From: Fistulifera solaris
Lineage: Eukaryota
Length of the DNA: 64,000 bases
Direction: 5' to 3'
Assembly (NCBI GenBank): GCA_030295235.1
Contig: AP026136.1
Location: forward strand, 1,116,001 to 1,180,000
Part shown: positions 47,085 through 58,889 of the stretch, piece after piece
Numbering within the stretch: position 1 is the first letter of the stretch
How the letters are laid out: each line of letters starts with the position of its first letter
The notes under the pieces: generated by a model
Told to the model about the DNA's origin: nothing
The model's input: the letters and a program-made list of their open reading frames with translations, nothing else
Database searches by the model: none
Program-made: the position numbers and the translations under genes

Positions 47085-47220
47085 GATTATTTTGTTTTTT
47101 CCATTTCTCTCCACTCTCCACTTATCGAAGTTCAACCAGAAAGAACACAACTGGTTCCATTATTTTGCATTTTCCATTTCTTTCCACTTAATCGAAGTTC
47201 AACCAAAAGAATACAACTGG
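47085..47220 (+). repeat. Tandem ~70-bp duplication
   Basis: ATTATTTTG...TTTTCCATTTCT.TCCACT...ATCGAAGTTCAACCA.AAAGAA.ACAACTGG occurs twice (~47085-47153, ~47159-47220). Confidence 0.9.
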
Positions 47221-47763
47221 AGAAGTTGTCTTGGGAAAGCCGCTTACATAGTGGATGATACTCAATCCTCAATTTTGGCATTGATACTGATGAACTGGTG
47301 AACTGGTGAACGACAGACCGGAGACCGGACATAAAATTGGCACTTGGCATGATTTTCAATATTACGTAGTAAATTGTGAGAAGTGAGAAGAGAGAAGACC
47401 ATGTTCTACTTATCCCAATAGACTTGCTCACTTCTCACCACTCCGCCGTAGGCACGGGTTCGGCGAATTTGTTCTCTCCGCACTGTTTCTCCGCCGACCA
47501 GTAGTGTACCGGAAACGTCCTTCAATGAAAATGACCATTCGGGATTCTGGATTTTGGATTCTGGACCAATCATTTGACAGTATTCCGCGCCCTTATTGTC
47601 CGTCCTCCATCCGTATGATTGTTCTACATGGGACTTCCATCAGTCACGCTTTTAAGATCACAAAAAAAGAGACACAATGCGACCATGGCGGCTCCAAGCG
47701 GCGGAGCAACGCTACACACACGACGTCAAGTGATCCTAAAAAGAAATAACCAAGAATGCAACA

Positions 47764-49984
47764 ATGACCGAGCCGAATCCCAAGCGACCCAAAACAACGT
47801 CTCAGTCGTCACTATCGTCTTTCTTTACGATAAAATCAACCGTACAAAAGGAGACACAAGCAGACGACAATGACGTATCTTCGTTTCAAAAAATAGATAC
47901 ATCGTCCAATGAACCCATTATCCCACGGACTGTCCCTGCCTCGTTAAAGGCAACATGGAACGTTTATCAGAATTCTTGTATCTACCGAAAAGTGAGAGGA
48001 GAGGTGACTGAGAGAACCAAAGTAGCTGCGTTTGATTTAGATGGTACTCTGTTGACGTGGCGAATTGAAGGCTGGCCGAGTAAGTTCGAACACTACGAAC
48101 TTTGGAATGCTAATGTCATTGACAAGCTTCGTCGATTGTATGATGAAGAAGATTATCGGCTGGTTGTGTTCAGTAATCAAGGATTGATACGACAAGCTTT
48201 CACGGGTGTAAAAGCGACATTTGTCAAGTCGTTACTCGAGTGGTTCGCGAACCTGCTCGATCGTCCTCTCTCCGTGGTCTTGTCGACAAGCAAAAGAACG
48301 GATTCCATAAGCCTTCTCACAAGATGTGGAATGTTGCGGAACAGTGCTGTTTTGGTGGACGAACTATGGATGTTTCTTCCAGTTTCTTCGTCGGGGACAG
48401 TATTGGAGGCGACGATGATCCACAAGGAGGAGTGGACATCGGCTTTGCTCGTGCAGTCGGAGAACACAGAAATGCGAGCTTACGCTTCTACAGTCCGACT
48501 GAATTCTTCGGACCGAGTTCGAAGCATATACGCGACAAAGGGAAGGTTGCATTGACGTACGAGATGCCACCAGATGCAGTGCTTAAGGCGAGGGCTGCAC
48601 TTGTGAGTGGCTATCTAGAAGGGCCGATTATGCTTATTCTATGTGGAGCACAAGGCTCTGGCAAAAGTACATTTTGTGACAAGTTGCTTGGGAAGAATGA
48701 TGCATGGGTCCATCTATCACAAGACACCATCAACAATGGGAAACCGGGAAAACGAGAAATGGTAGAAGAAGAAGCCGAGAAAGGACTTCGTGAAGGACGT
48801 TGTGTTGTTGTGGATCGCATGCATCTGGATGAGGCACAGCGCTCGGTGTTCGTAAACATTGCGAAGCAAGTGGATGTACCGGTTCATGCTTTGGTCCTAT
48901 CAACTTCAACGAGGATCCTAGCGTCACGAATAAAACTCAGATCAAATCATCCTGCCGGTGTTGAGGGCGAAAAGGGAGTTAAAGTTGCGATGATATCAGC
49001 ATCCAAAATGGTTTTACCGACGTATGCGGAAGGCTTCGCATTGATTAGCATTACGGCGACAGAGCAAGGTGTAGATCGATTTGTTGACCAATACAGCAAA
49101 CTTTCATCGGCAAAACCGAATACCACTACAATACTGAAACAGATTGACCTTCAGCAAATGAATATCCCATCCGTTATTTTAGGAACGATGAAATTGGGTA
49201 AGAAAACGGCTGCGGACATTGTATCGAAGGCTAAGTAATAGGGATTCGCAGGCGTTGATACTGCGCCAACTTACAACAACGAGATAGAGGTTGGTCGAGG
49301 AATGGATGATGATATGTTTTGTGTGGTCAAAGTGCCTAAAAGCGCATTGACCGCTGAGGATGTGAAAAAGAGCTAACCACGAGTCTTTCAAACTTGGGGC
49401 GAAAGCAAGGCGACCTTCTTTTACTGCACTGGCCATCAAACCTTGAAACGTTAATATCTGTGTGGCAAGGCATGGAGCTTTGTGTCAAAGAAGGACTTGT
49501 CAAAACCCTTGGTGTCTGCAACTTCAGTGCTAGGGCGTTGGCAGGACTGCTACCTTTATGCTCGATTACTCCTTACGTCAACCAAGTAGAGCGCCATCCT
49601 TTACTTCCACAATGGGACCTTGTCGATTTTTGTGCACAGAACGACATTTTGCTGCAGGCTCACACACCCCTGGGTCAAGGTAAAAGTGAGCTCTGGGAAG
49701 AACCAAGTTTGCAACAAGTGGTGGCATCGACGGGTCTCTCGCCTGCAAAGGTTTTGCTTCTCTGGAATCTTCAACAAGGGGTAGCCGTGGTGCCAAAATG
49801 TAGCTCAGAAGAACATTTGGTTGATGTTATGGAACTTTTCAAATCAGCGGCGTTCAGCGAGGCTGTATTACTCGCTGACGATTTGATGGAGTTGAACGGC
49901 ATTACTCGTACTTGCAGGTTTGTTGCCCCGCCGTTTATGTTCGGTTCTGCGAGTTACTGCTGGGCGTCGAAAGCGAACAAGTAA
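47764..49984 (+). CDS. PNKP-like DNA 3'-phosphatase + P-loop kinase + aldo-keto reductase, apparently one fused gene with three breaks
   Basis: AAFDLDGTL, VFSNQG and FFVGD (HAD phosphatase); GAQGSGKST (P-loop); then LGT...GVDTAPTYNNE, DLLLLHWP, LGVCNF and NQVERHP (AKR). Breaks at 48292-5, 49236-41 and 49365-9. Confidence 0.85.
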
Positions 49985-50759
49985 TTGTCTTGTACGTACT
50001 CGCGTGGTTCACACAATGCTCTTTGACATGAACCTACTACTTTGATGTGGTGGGTTTCCCGAAATAATATAAGGTATCCAAAAACACAACCAATGGGAAT
50101 GAGGTTCGATTGATAAAAATTGGACTTTGTGCAGGCGTTGTGTGATAGCACCGAGGTATCTATGTTGATATGGAGTTTTCGAACGACGGATTGGCCGAAA
50201 CAGCGCGTTATGTCGCGGCAAAGCAAAATCCGGTCACAGCGCTTTAGTATATACATCGACAACGTTTGCAGCGAACTACTTTTTGTTTGAGACAGCTTCG
50301 GCGTTTATCGTCGGCAATTTCTACGTGTGGTTCAAATGGCTTTATTTCTGGAGTTAGTTATGGCGCAACACTTTGAATTTTTCCGAATTTAGATGACACA
50401 GAAAGCGAAGGATCTTTCATGACCTCAATGACACTCGGACGACGACATCCTGAACGCGTCGATACGATTCGAATAGTCTTGAGAGGTAGTGTGTCTGCTC
50501 TGCTGAAGACAAGACAAAGAAGCTTGCAACGTCCTTTACATGCAAAGAGTCATGCTGTTATGCTAACCGATTATCGAGTTACGCGCAAACCGTTTCACCA
50601 CGTTTTATTTCAACAAGGCAGCATCTCTGATATTTTAATTGAAAGCGAAGCAATTTTCGCAACAAGGAGGCATGTTCAAGCGACCCCTGGCCTAGAATGG
50701 ATCACAACGCCATGAACTGACGGTGCATTTTTGCAAGTGTATTGTTTTGAAAAAACTCT

Positions 50760-51110
50760 GCAGCAGTTGCAGTTTTACTTGGTTCCTGCTAGTCGGAGTG
50801 TGCGAGCCCTGGAGAGAGCAGTATCATTCAAGCTGTCTTTGATCAACACGCATTCAAACGATCCAACTAACAGTTAGTGGAGGACTGTATTAATCAACTG
50901 AACAACATCTTCCCTTCGTCACGCAAATTGATGTGCACTTGGAGCTCCGTCGTCAAACTTGAGAAAAGTTTGTACCGCGAAAAGCATGGTCATGACAAGT
51001 TCTGCCAAACAAGCCGTTCCTATCCCGATCTTTTTGCGTTATGGACTCCTATATTATCTTGATTGGGTGGAGGGCGCGACTAGCTCTGGACTCAATGATC
51101 ACCTGCGTGC
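50760..51110 (+). pseudogene. Possible decayed helicase-associated (HA) repeat gene
   Basis: Fragments WREQY, EDCINQLNNIF and LYREKHGH...YPDL resemble the HA repeat pattern; no long ORF. Confidence 0.3.
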
Positions 51111-51900
51111 TATTAAGCAGTATTCAACAGAATAACGAGTTGTCGCAGATGTTTGGGTAGATTTATTTATTTTATTATCCCCATGACAAGGAAAGATCGA
51201 CTTGGATCGAGTTCATGTTCCCATTCGGGAGAGCTTGAGACCTCTAGAGCCGACAGAAATGGGTAGTAGGATTGTGTAAAAAAACGAGATTAAGGTATTT
51301 GGGTGTGAACGAGTTCCAGGGTAACGTAACGGAGATTTTGTCACAATCGACTTGTAAGTCGAGGTCAGGGAAAGCAAAGTTGGGTCTGCTTTAAAGCCCA
51401 GGTGACAAAAGTCATTCAAGCTTCCCTATGGTCTGGATTGTCGCATGTACTTTTGCAGGTCTGCTAGATCAAAACAAAACACATCTTTTTCAACTAAATC
51501 AGGCAATTCGAGCAACGACGGCTAAACGGAAGAAAAGCGAGCAAAATTATGAGGTTCGCGCGCAGGTTATAGTCGTCCCAGATACTTGGTCCAAGCTGCT
51601 GCATTGGTTAATCAAAATCAATGTTGTTAACGGAAAACATCGCACAATTCACTACTTCGATCCGTAGACGCCGTGTTTGACACTGAAACCACGGTGTTGT
51701 GATTAACCAACCTATCGAATCGCCTTATTTTCAATGACGCGAAACGGGCTGTTGATTTGTTATAACCAATTGTTTCGGAAACGGATTATTTAGAATTATC
51801 AGGAAGAGTGTTGAAGCAATGCAATAAAAGAACAACCTTGAAGGCGAATGGAAACATAGTGTTTTATTGTAATGCTTTATGAAGTGCTGAAATATTTGCT

Positions 51901-53515
51901 TTACGTGGCATATTCTTTGCAAAACGATTCGTAGTGCTCTTTAATTTTCTCTACGCACCGTTGCATTTCTTCTTCTGGTGGCAGGAAAGTTGTTCGGAAG
52001 CCAAAGCGTCCATCACGTTGACCAAATCCAGATGCCGGAACAACACAGATTCCTGTGGACTTCAATAAGGATACGCAATAAAGAGCATCCGGTGTTGTAC
52101 CCCTTTCCTTCGCAACTCGAATAGCTCCGGGAGGCATTTCCACACTTGGAAAGCAGTACATGCTACCTTTGCCGGTCGACACGAAAAACCAGGAATGGAA
52201 TCTAATCCTTGACTCACAATTGTGGAGCGACGCTTTAACGAATCATAAATAGCTTTCTTTTCTACCTCGTGGCTTTCGTAAGATACTTCTCCTGGCGAAG
52301 GACCTCGGACCATCAAACTCGTCATAATTTGTCCCGCGACGGTTGCACAGAGAGAAGCCGAGGCCATTTTGTAGAGTTCATCTTGGACCTTCTCATCGAT
52401 TCCTACCAACTCCATGTAACCACCGCGCCTTCCGCATTCTCCGAAAACGCCTTTCGAAACGGAATGGAACGAAATGAGTTCGATTTGATCCAATAGCCCG
52501 CATTCATATGCCGCTCGCTTAGCACTGACAAATTCTCCTTCGTAGACATTCTCTTGGTATACTTCGTCCGCCAACAAAACCAGATTGTGTTTGACACAAA
52601 AGCGAACAATATCGTGCAGGTTCTCTCGACTTAGTACTTGACCCGTGGGATTCCCCGGATTAATGAGAACGAACGAGTTTACCTCGATGCCCTCTTCCTG
52701 AGCTGTAGCTAAGGCACGCTCGAGTTCTTCCAGATTGAGCGCCCAATCCTTTTCTTCGTTCATATAATATCCCACCCGATGACCGTTCAGTAAATCAATT
52801 GTCGCCGAATAAATAGGATACTGAGGAGTCGGGATCATAACACCGGTACGTTCATTGGCAATTAATGCGGTCAAGACCATGTTGATGGCATTCGACGCGC
52901 CGTTGGACAAGAAAATAGCTTCCGGATCCGAAGGAATGCCTCCATCTCTCGCGGCAATGAAATCCGCCACATCCTGTCGAAACGCACGTACGCCCTTGGA
53001 ATGTGTGTAAGCTCCCGATCCGTGTCCCGACAAGGCGTGGTTTTTGATTTCACGTGCGCGATCCACCGCATCTTGCGGAAAGAGCTTGAGCACATCGGGA
53101 TGATCAATTCCGACTTCGTCCGGGAGGTCCACCAACGCCATGACCTGCCTGGGCCATTTGAGAGGCATCTGTCCGATGGATTGAGGATTGCCAATGTTTG
53201 TGTAAACAATGTGGTCAAACGGATATTGTTGAGGATTGGCGGCGAGTTGATCGGCGATCTTATCGGCTTCAATCACGACGGGTCCTCGCACGGCGTATTC
53301 CATTTGCGCAGTGACTGCGACATGCTATCTATTGTGAGACGTTTCTTGTGTTCATAAACTGCATAGAAATAGCACAAGTCAGAATGCATTCGCGAAAAAA
53401 GAACGCAACAAAATTGACGACGATGACCAAATGGGAACTTACAGGATGTTTCAGCAGCAATTGTTTGCGGTGTCGGGGCGACCGATGCGATACTACATCT
53501 CATCCTCATCGTCAT
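51901..53515 (-). CDS. Alanine aminotransferase / glutamate:glyoxylate aminotransferase family; 2 exons, two apparent indels
   Basis: MEYAVRG, NIGNPQ, INPGNPTG, ADEVYQ, SFHSVSKG..GECGRRGGY and FRTTFLP; intron 53359-53442; breaks ~53303-5 and ~52168-70. Confidence 0.95.
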
Positions 53516-54215
53516 GATTGTAAAAAAGTAAGGCTGTGTAGCGGAATAGCATAATCTATTTTTGAAATGTAATTGATTCTCAAATGAAACGGCTCTCTCG
53601 ATCCGATGGCGATTTTTCAACGCACGTATGCGAGCTGTCCCACGAATGAATCAAACCGGGAGCAAGTGAGTATGATGAAAGACACGAGTCTTCTTCTAGC
53701 TGCTAGCAATTGCAACGACTTGATGAAGAAGCCGAACGGACAATAATAAGTTAATGAGTCGCAGTTCCTACTGGTACCAGGATGCCAGGGTATTATTTGA
53801 TCAAAAAGTCGCGATTGACCGATCGATCGGTCTTCGATGAGAGTTCGACACCTCACGTCTCACGTTCTTCAAGCAGGATCTCACAGTCATTAGTCATACG
53901 TCACAACGGCTATTTAAACGTACCAGTACCTGGGACTCCAACGGCCATTTCCACGTGTCACACAAAATTTGCGTCTGTCCGGATACCCGTGTCCGCATTG
54001 TTTCGGGGCGCAACAAATCACCGCAACGCGGCTGCATGTGAAGACAATGATGAAGCGAGAAAAAGAAGAGAGATTCATTCGTCTATTCCTTTCCTGTTGA
54101 CGCATTCATAAGTCCTTATCATCTGAACGAGAATCAGACGGAAAGTAAGGTGGAAGCAGTGACTGAATTGCCGTGATTTGCCTTGCTTTGTCACAAAAAT
54201 TATACTTTCTGCATC

Positions 54216-55379
54216 ATGGTCGAATTCAACAAAATGTTCGTCATGCTTCCCGTCATGTTTCTGGCGCGGAAGCTTGACGCCGAAGATCCCAACATTGTCT
54301 TTTATTTACGCGTAGCGTACGCTTGTATGCAGTTTATCAGTATTCTCGTCGTCATGTATACGTATATTCAAGCATCGGCTGTCAAGGGCGATCAAATTGT
54401 CTATGTACCGGCGGCTGCGACGGTAAGAATCAGAATGGAGGAAGTTGAATACAACGAAATAGGCAGACAACAGTCGTGGAAGATCTCACGAATCGTATTT
54501 TCCTGCCCTCCATTTTCCTCTCTCTCTTAATTCGCTTCGCCCTTCCTCGTCATTCTCTCTCTCTCTGCTGTGTAGCCATTTGCCGACCCCGGCGCGAAAA
54601 AGAAATACACGGAAATTTCCTACGGCGCTCATGTCTATTCGACAGCACGATCGTTACTCGGTTCTACCTTGTTCGGTATTTGCATGACCGTCGGGTTGCA
54701 TTATTATCGTGGAATGGTCATGGGCCTTGCCATCCAAGCCGTTATGGCCCCTCTCAATTTGATCGAAAACCCGTTGATCAAGGCACTCTTCCTCGGTAAC
54801 GGATTGTCGGCGGAAGGGCGTATCTTTGGCGAAAAGACGGTTTCCGAGTTGACCGAGAATGATGAAATCGTCGATGAGCAAGGAAATGCGGTCGTGCGTC
54901 AGGCGGTGCAAACGGAAAGTGCTGCGACTGCCGCTGCTACGACGAAACGAAGCTTGGAAGATATTCTGTTGGATACATGGGACGCTGGCTCAAAAGCAGA
55001 TCTAGCACCACTCATGGCGGCACTCAACAAGAAGAACTGCAATTACCAGACCAGGGAAGATAGCTGGACACCGCTCATGATCTTGGCCGGGTTGGGAGCC
55101 AAGGGCACGGCGAGTGCTATTCGACAACTTTTGGACGGTCTAGGCGCTAATCCTGCCATTTGTGATAAAGAAGGATGGAATGCTTTACACTGGGCCGCCT
55201 TTCACGGAAGTATAGAAGGAGCCAAGGAACTTCGAAAGGAAGTCAAGTTGCTATCCGCCAAAGACAAGGAAGGTCTTACGCCACTGGAGATAGCACGAAA
55301 AGAAAACAATGATCTTGTAGCCGATATTTTCGAAGCGGCAGTAGCAACCACTTCTGGGGAAGGAAAGAAAACAAAATAA
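54216..55379 (+). CDS. Pho88/SND3-like membrane protein fused to C-terminal ankyrin repeats; 2 exons
   Basis: LHYYRGMVMGLAIQAVMAPLNLIENPL (Pho88-like); WTPLM, GWNALHWAA and GLTPLEIA (ANK); intron 54423-54575, phase 0. Confidence 0.85.
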
Positions 55380-56636
55380 GGTGCTTTTTTTGTAAATCTT
55401 TTTCTCTATGTTCTTTGCCACTTTCGTGTCTGATAATTATGTTGCTTGCTACAATTTGTAAACATAGTTAGAGCCATTACTTTGATGTTTATTGAGACAG
55501 AATAACATTCAAAATATCTTTGTTTGGATGTAATGAAACTGTAATGCAACCGCTGACCACCACTATTTTGCGCGCAGTGCCTCATGTCGGTGAGGAGAGA
55601 ATTTTCGACACCAGCTTGTCATTCCAAATGACGATAATTTTCTTGCCCGTCGTTACATTTCACATTAGCTCTTGTTTGCTGTATTTGATTGCAGTGCCTC
55701 GTCCTTGTCAATCTCATTTCGTAACAGGCGAGAAACCCGCGCATCCGCGACATGTCGTTCCGTAAGAAATGCGACCGCCCCGGGAGAATGTTGCATGTAT
55801 ACCTTTCCTGTTTGCACACCAGAGTGCAGTTCTTGTTGAGAGACTCGTAATTCCGCTAAAGAGGGCATATTTGGTCAAAGTTTATGAGATTTATTCTTTC
55901 TCGGAGTAAATGAATGATAGGCGACATCGTTTGTGGCCATTGGCGGAAGATGATTCATCGCGATGTCACACGTCTCGGTGCGGTCTCGGAAGGCCGGAGG
56001 CCGAACGTCCAAGGAGTATATTATGTTGTCCAAAGGAGCATATACTCCGTTGGAACGTCCGATCACGGATGTGACATTCGAACACGGACTGGGTATAAGC
56101 ACAGGAGCAACAGTATCATTCCCATTCCGGCGCGCTTCCCTCTCCACGTGGCCTCCACTGCACCGTGGGTTTTGAACGTTGCCTGTGATTGAGTCGTGAG
56201 TCGTGATGTTCTCCGCTCTCCGAATAACGGCTGCTCTTTTACTTTATAGTCAAAAGGGACTGCATTACATTTTATTAGTCAGACTGGAATTAAAAACAAA
56301 GTACACTGGAAATGAGAGGACACGTACGACTGCTTGGGGGCGGCTAGCGGCGAAAGGTCTTCTCCAGTATGAGACTCGAAGCGATTTACACTGCCCGTTT
56401 GTGTACTCCGGCGATTCTGCCTTACCAACGAACAATCAAGTCAGTCATCACGCGAAGTTCGGGCGACCGGACGGGAATGCGATCGGAAAAAAAACGGCCG
56501 CGCAAAAAGTTTCGCAGCAAGTGAAATTCACAAAAATCGATCGCGTTCCAAATTGACCAGATAGCCTGTTGTTGTCGTATTCCACCAGCGGGCTTTTTTT
56601 GTAGATTGTTTACATATTTACATTATTTGTTTCATC

Positions 56637-57424
56637 ATGAACGATCAATCGCAAACTGCAGCAAACACACCGTCAGAGCCTATTCTCTGCAAAATGGGTT
56701 GCGGATTCTTTGTAAGTAGGAGTTATTCGGTGTCGAAAGTACTGCGTGTCTGCGTTGTTGCGTGAAGTGACGGCGTTTGGCGTTGTTGAGGTAGAGAGTT
56801 GCTTTTGTTTGATTATTCCTTGTCCACACGCAACAAACGTCGCTGCAAGCGCAAACATTAACGGCGAAAGAAGAAGAAGGTTGACGAAGCAGCGGGCCGT
56901 CATGGTGCGAGACGTCATGCGGAACAGATTACTATGGTGTAGAATGTACTAGTTCTTGTTGGCTTGGTCGGAGAAAGTCGTTCTCCGAAAGTCAATTGCA
57001 TATCTGGCGTGTGTTGCAATCATAGCGACCGCTTTGAATGATTCATGTATCTAACAGCTAGGTTCAATTTGATTTTGAAATACAGGGTAATGGAGCGACA
57101 AATGGATGTTGCTCGAAGTGCTGGCGTGACATGCAGAAAAACCAGGCGCCTCCTTCACCATGCAAGCCAGTCGAGCCTGTTGTTGAAGAAGCCCAGCCAA
57201 TGGAAGTAGAAGTTTCAGCTCCATCACCCGTTACTGAGACTGCCTCAAGGGAGGACGCTGCTGCTGGAGCTACTCCTATTAAGAAGAAGAAAAAAGAAGA
57301 CGAGTTATAAGAACTTATTGGCTGACATGATGCATGGATCGACCACTCGTGACATTGAAAAGAGAAAGAGTCTCTTCGGAAAGTTACAGGCGGAGGTGTC
57401 TTTTCGAAGATCGATAAGATTTAA
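56637..57424 (+). CDS. A20-type zinc-finger protein (not in ORF track); 2 exons
   Basis: Exon 1 56637-56711 (...PILCKMGCGFF), GTAAGT intron 56712-57085, exon 2 GNGATNGCCSKCWRD: a complete A20 finger. As written it stops at 57310; the end at 57424 assumes two A-run indels. Confidence 0.88.
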
Positions 57425-58469
57425 GCGCTTCGACATTTCCCGAGAAGATGCTTGCTGTATGCCCAGCTCGAAAGTAATCATTCCGGTGTTGTCCGCCGCT
57501 ACTGTACCATGATCTATAACTAAAAAGTTTTTCCATGAAACGTATAGTGATCTAGTTACTAAAGCATCTTTGCGTCCGCCCTCAAAATGAGCTTAGTTCA
57601 TTTCTTGCAACTGCTCTTTCATATTCAATTGCCAGGAATGATACGCCTAATACGCAACTGCCGAGTAGATGATAGCAATCTCTCTCGAAAGCAACAGTTG
57701 AACACTCTCTTCCACTTTCATTCCATTTTTGTAAAAACAGCGTGCTTGTCACTTTTAGTAGCTTTGCGATATCCAGTACAGTCCATAAAAAAATAGATAG
57801 TTTCCACCGTATTGGTAAGTTGTAACATCCAAGAGCTGTGCACTGCAGTCAGGTCACAGTCTGATTCTGCAGAATTAAGTTCGACCATCTCGCTCAACTA
57901 GCAACTGTTAATGTGTTTACGGGGATGTTGTCGGAATGAATTCATTTTTAGAAATTTGGTTTGAAACGTTTCCGACTCAACTGATTTTCAGTCACGATAT
58001 TTATCTATCGCGTTTAAAAATGGCTAGAATTTATTGAACTTTGTCCTTTCCCTACAAGAGAACCGAAACACTAAGACAAGTTAGCGAATCACAACCGATC
58101 CAGTGGACGAATATTCATTGAACCGAGTTGCCAGGTCACTGGTGAGCAAGGGGGATCCTGTCTGATTCAGACACGACCGGGGACCACCAATCGTCTCAAG
58201 ACTCTCTTCTACGGCGCTGAACGCCAAGAACGAACAACCGCCGTTTTCGACGCAAAAACTTCGGACAAAGTATTCAAACTATCAATTATTCGAATATATC
58301 GGAGGTTGGAAGAAATAATGTGGTGCTGCTATTGTTTTTGATTATATCGTTGGAGTAAATTGCGTCGGTTGCACGCTGAAAATACCAGGGTATCATCACT
58401 TTGAAAGTTTACTGTAGCGTCAAAAGAAGACTTGACAATTTCCGACTCCTCGACTGATTTATCAGCCCC

Positions 58470-58710
58470 GGGCGTTAGATATTTTGACGTGTCCATAAAA
58501 TCTGGGCGTTTTATATTTGGACGTGTCCATAAAATCTGGGCGAGTGATATTTTGACGTCTCCATAAAATCTGGGCGTTTGATATTTTTACACCTGCAGAA
58601 AATCGGGGCATTTGATATTTTGTCGTCTCCAGAAAATCTGGGCATCTGACATTTTAACTCTTCCAGAAATTCTGGGCGATTTACATTATTTGGACACGTC
58701 CATAAAATCT
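58470..58710 (+). repeat. 34-bp minisatellite, 7 units
   Basis: Consensus GGGCGTTTGATATTTTGACGT(G/C)TCCA(T/G)AAAATCT. Units start at 58470, 58504, 58538, 58572, 58606, 58640 and 58674. Confidence 0.97.
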
Positions 58711-58889
58711 AGTCGATTGCGCACACAAATGCTTGCGAGCATTATTGATGAAGTGCTAAGTCAAACAAAGTAGGGAAAAGAACGCCGAGTTGATCATCGA
58801 TTTCTCTCTAACCTTGAAAATCACTTCGCTTTTGAAATAACTGGGCAGGTTGATTTTACGTGGGCAAGTAAAGATCCAAAGCTCTGCTG

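Noticed and set aside
49236..49241. Stop-codon reassignment (TAA/TAG read as sense)
   Set aside because: Many intact genes in the window terminate at TAA or TAG and have no internal stops.
58120..58260. Structured ncRNA around the TGTCTGA-T-TCAGACA palindrome
   Set aside because: No recognisable snRNA, SRP or snoRNA motifs; one short palindrome is not enough.
58470..58710. CRISPR array
   Set aside because: Units are contiguous and homologous along their length with no unique spacers; no cas genes; eukaryotic context.
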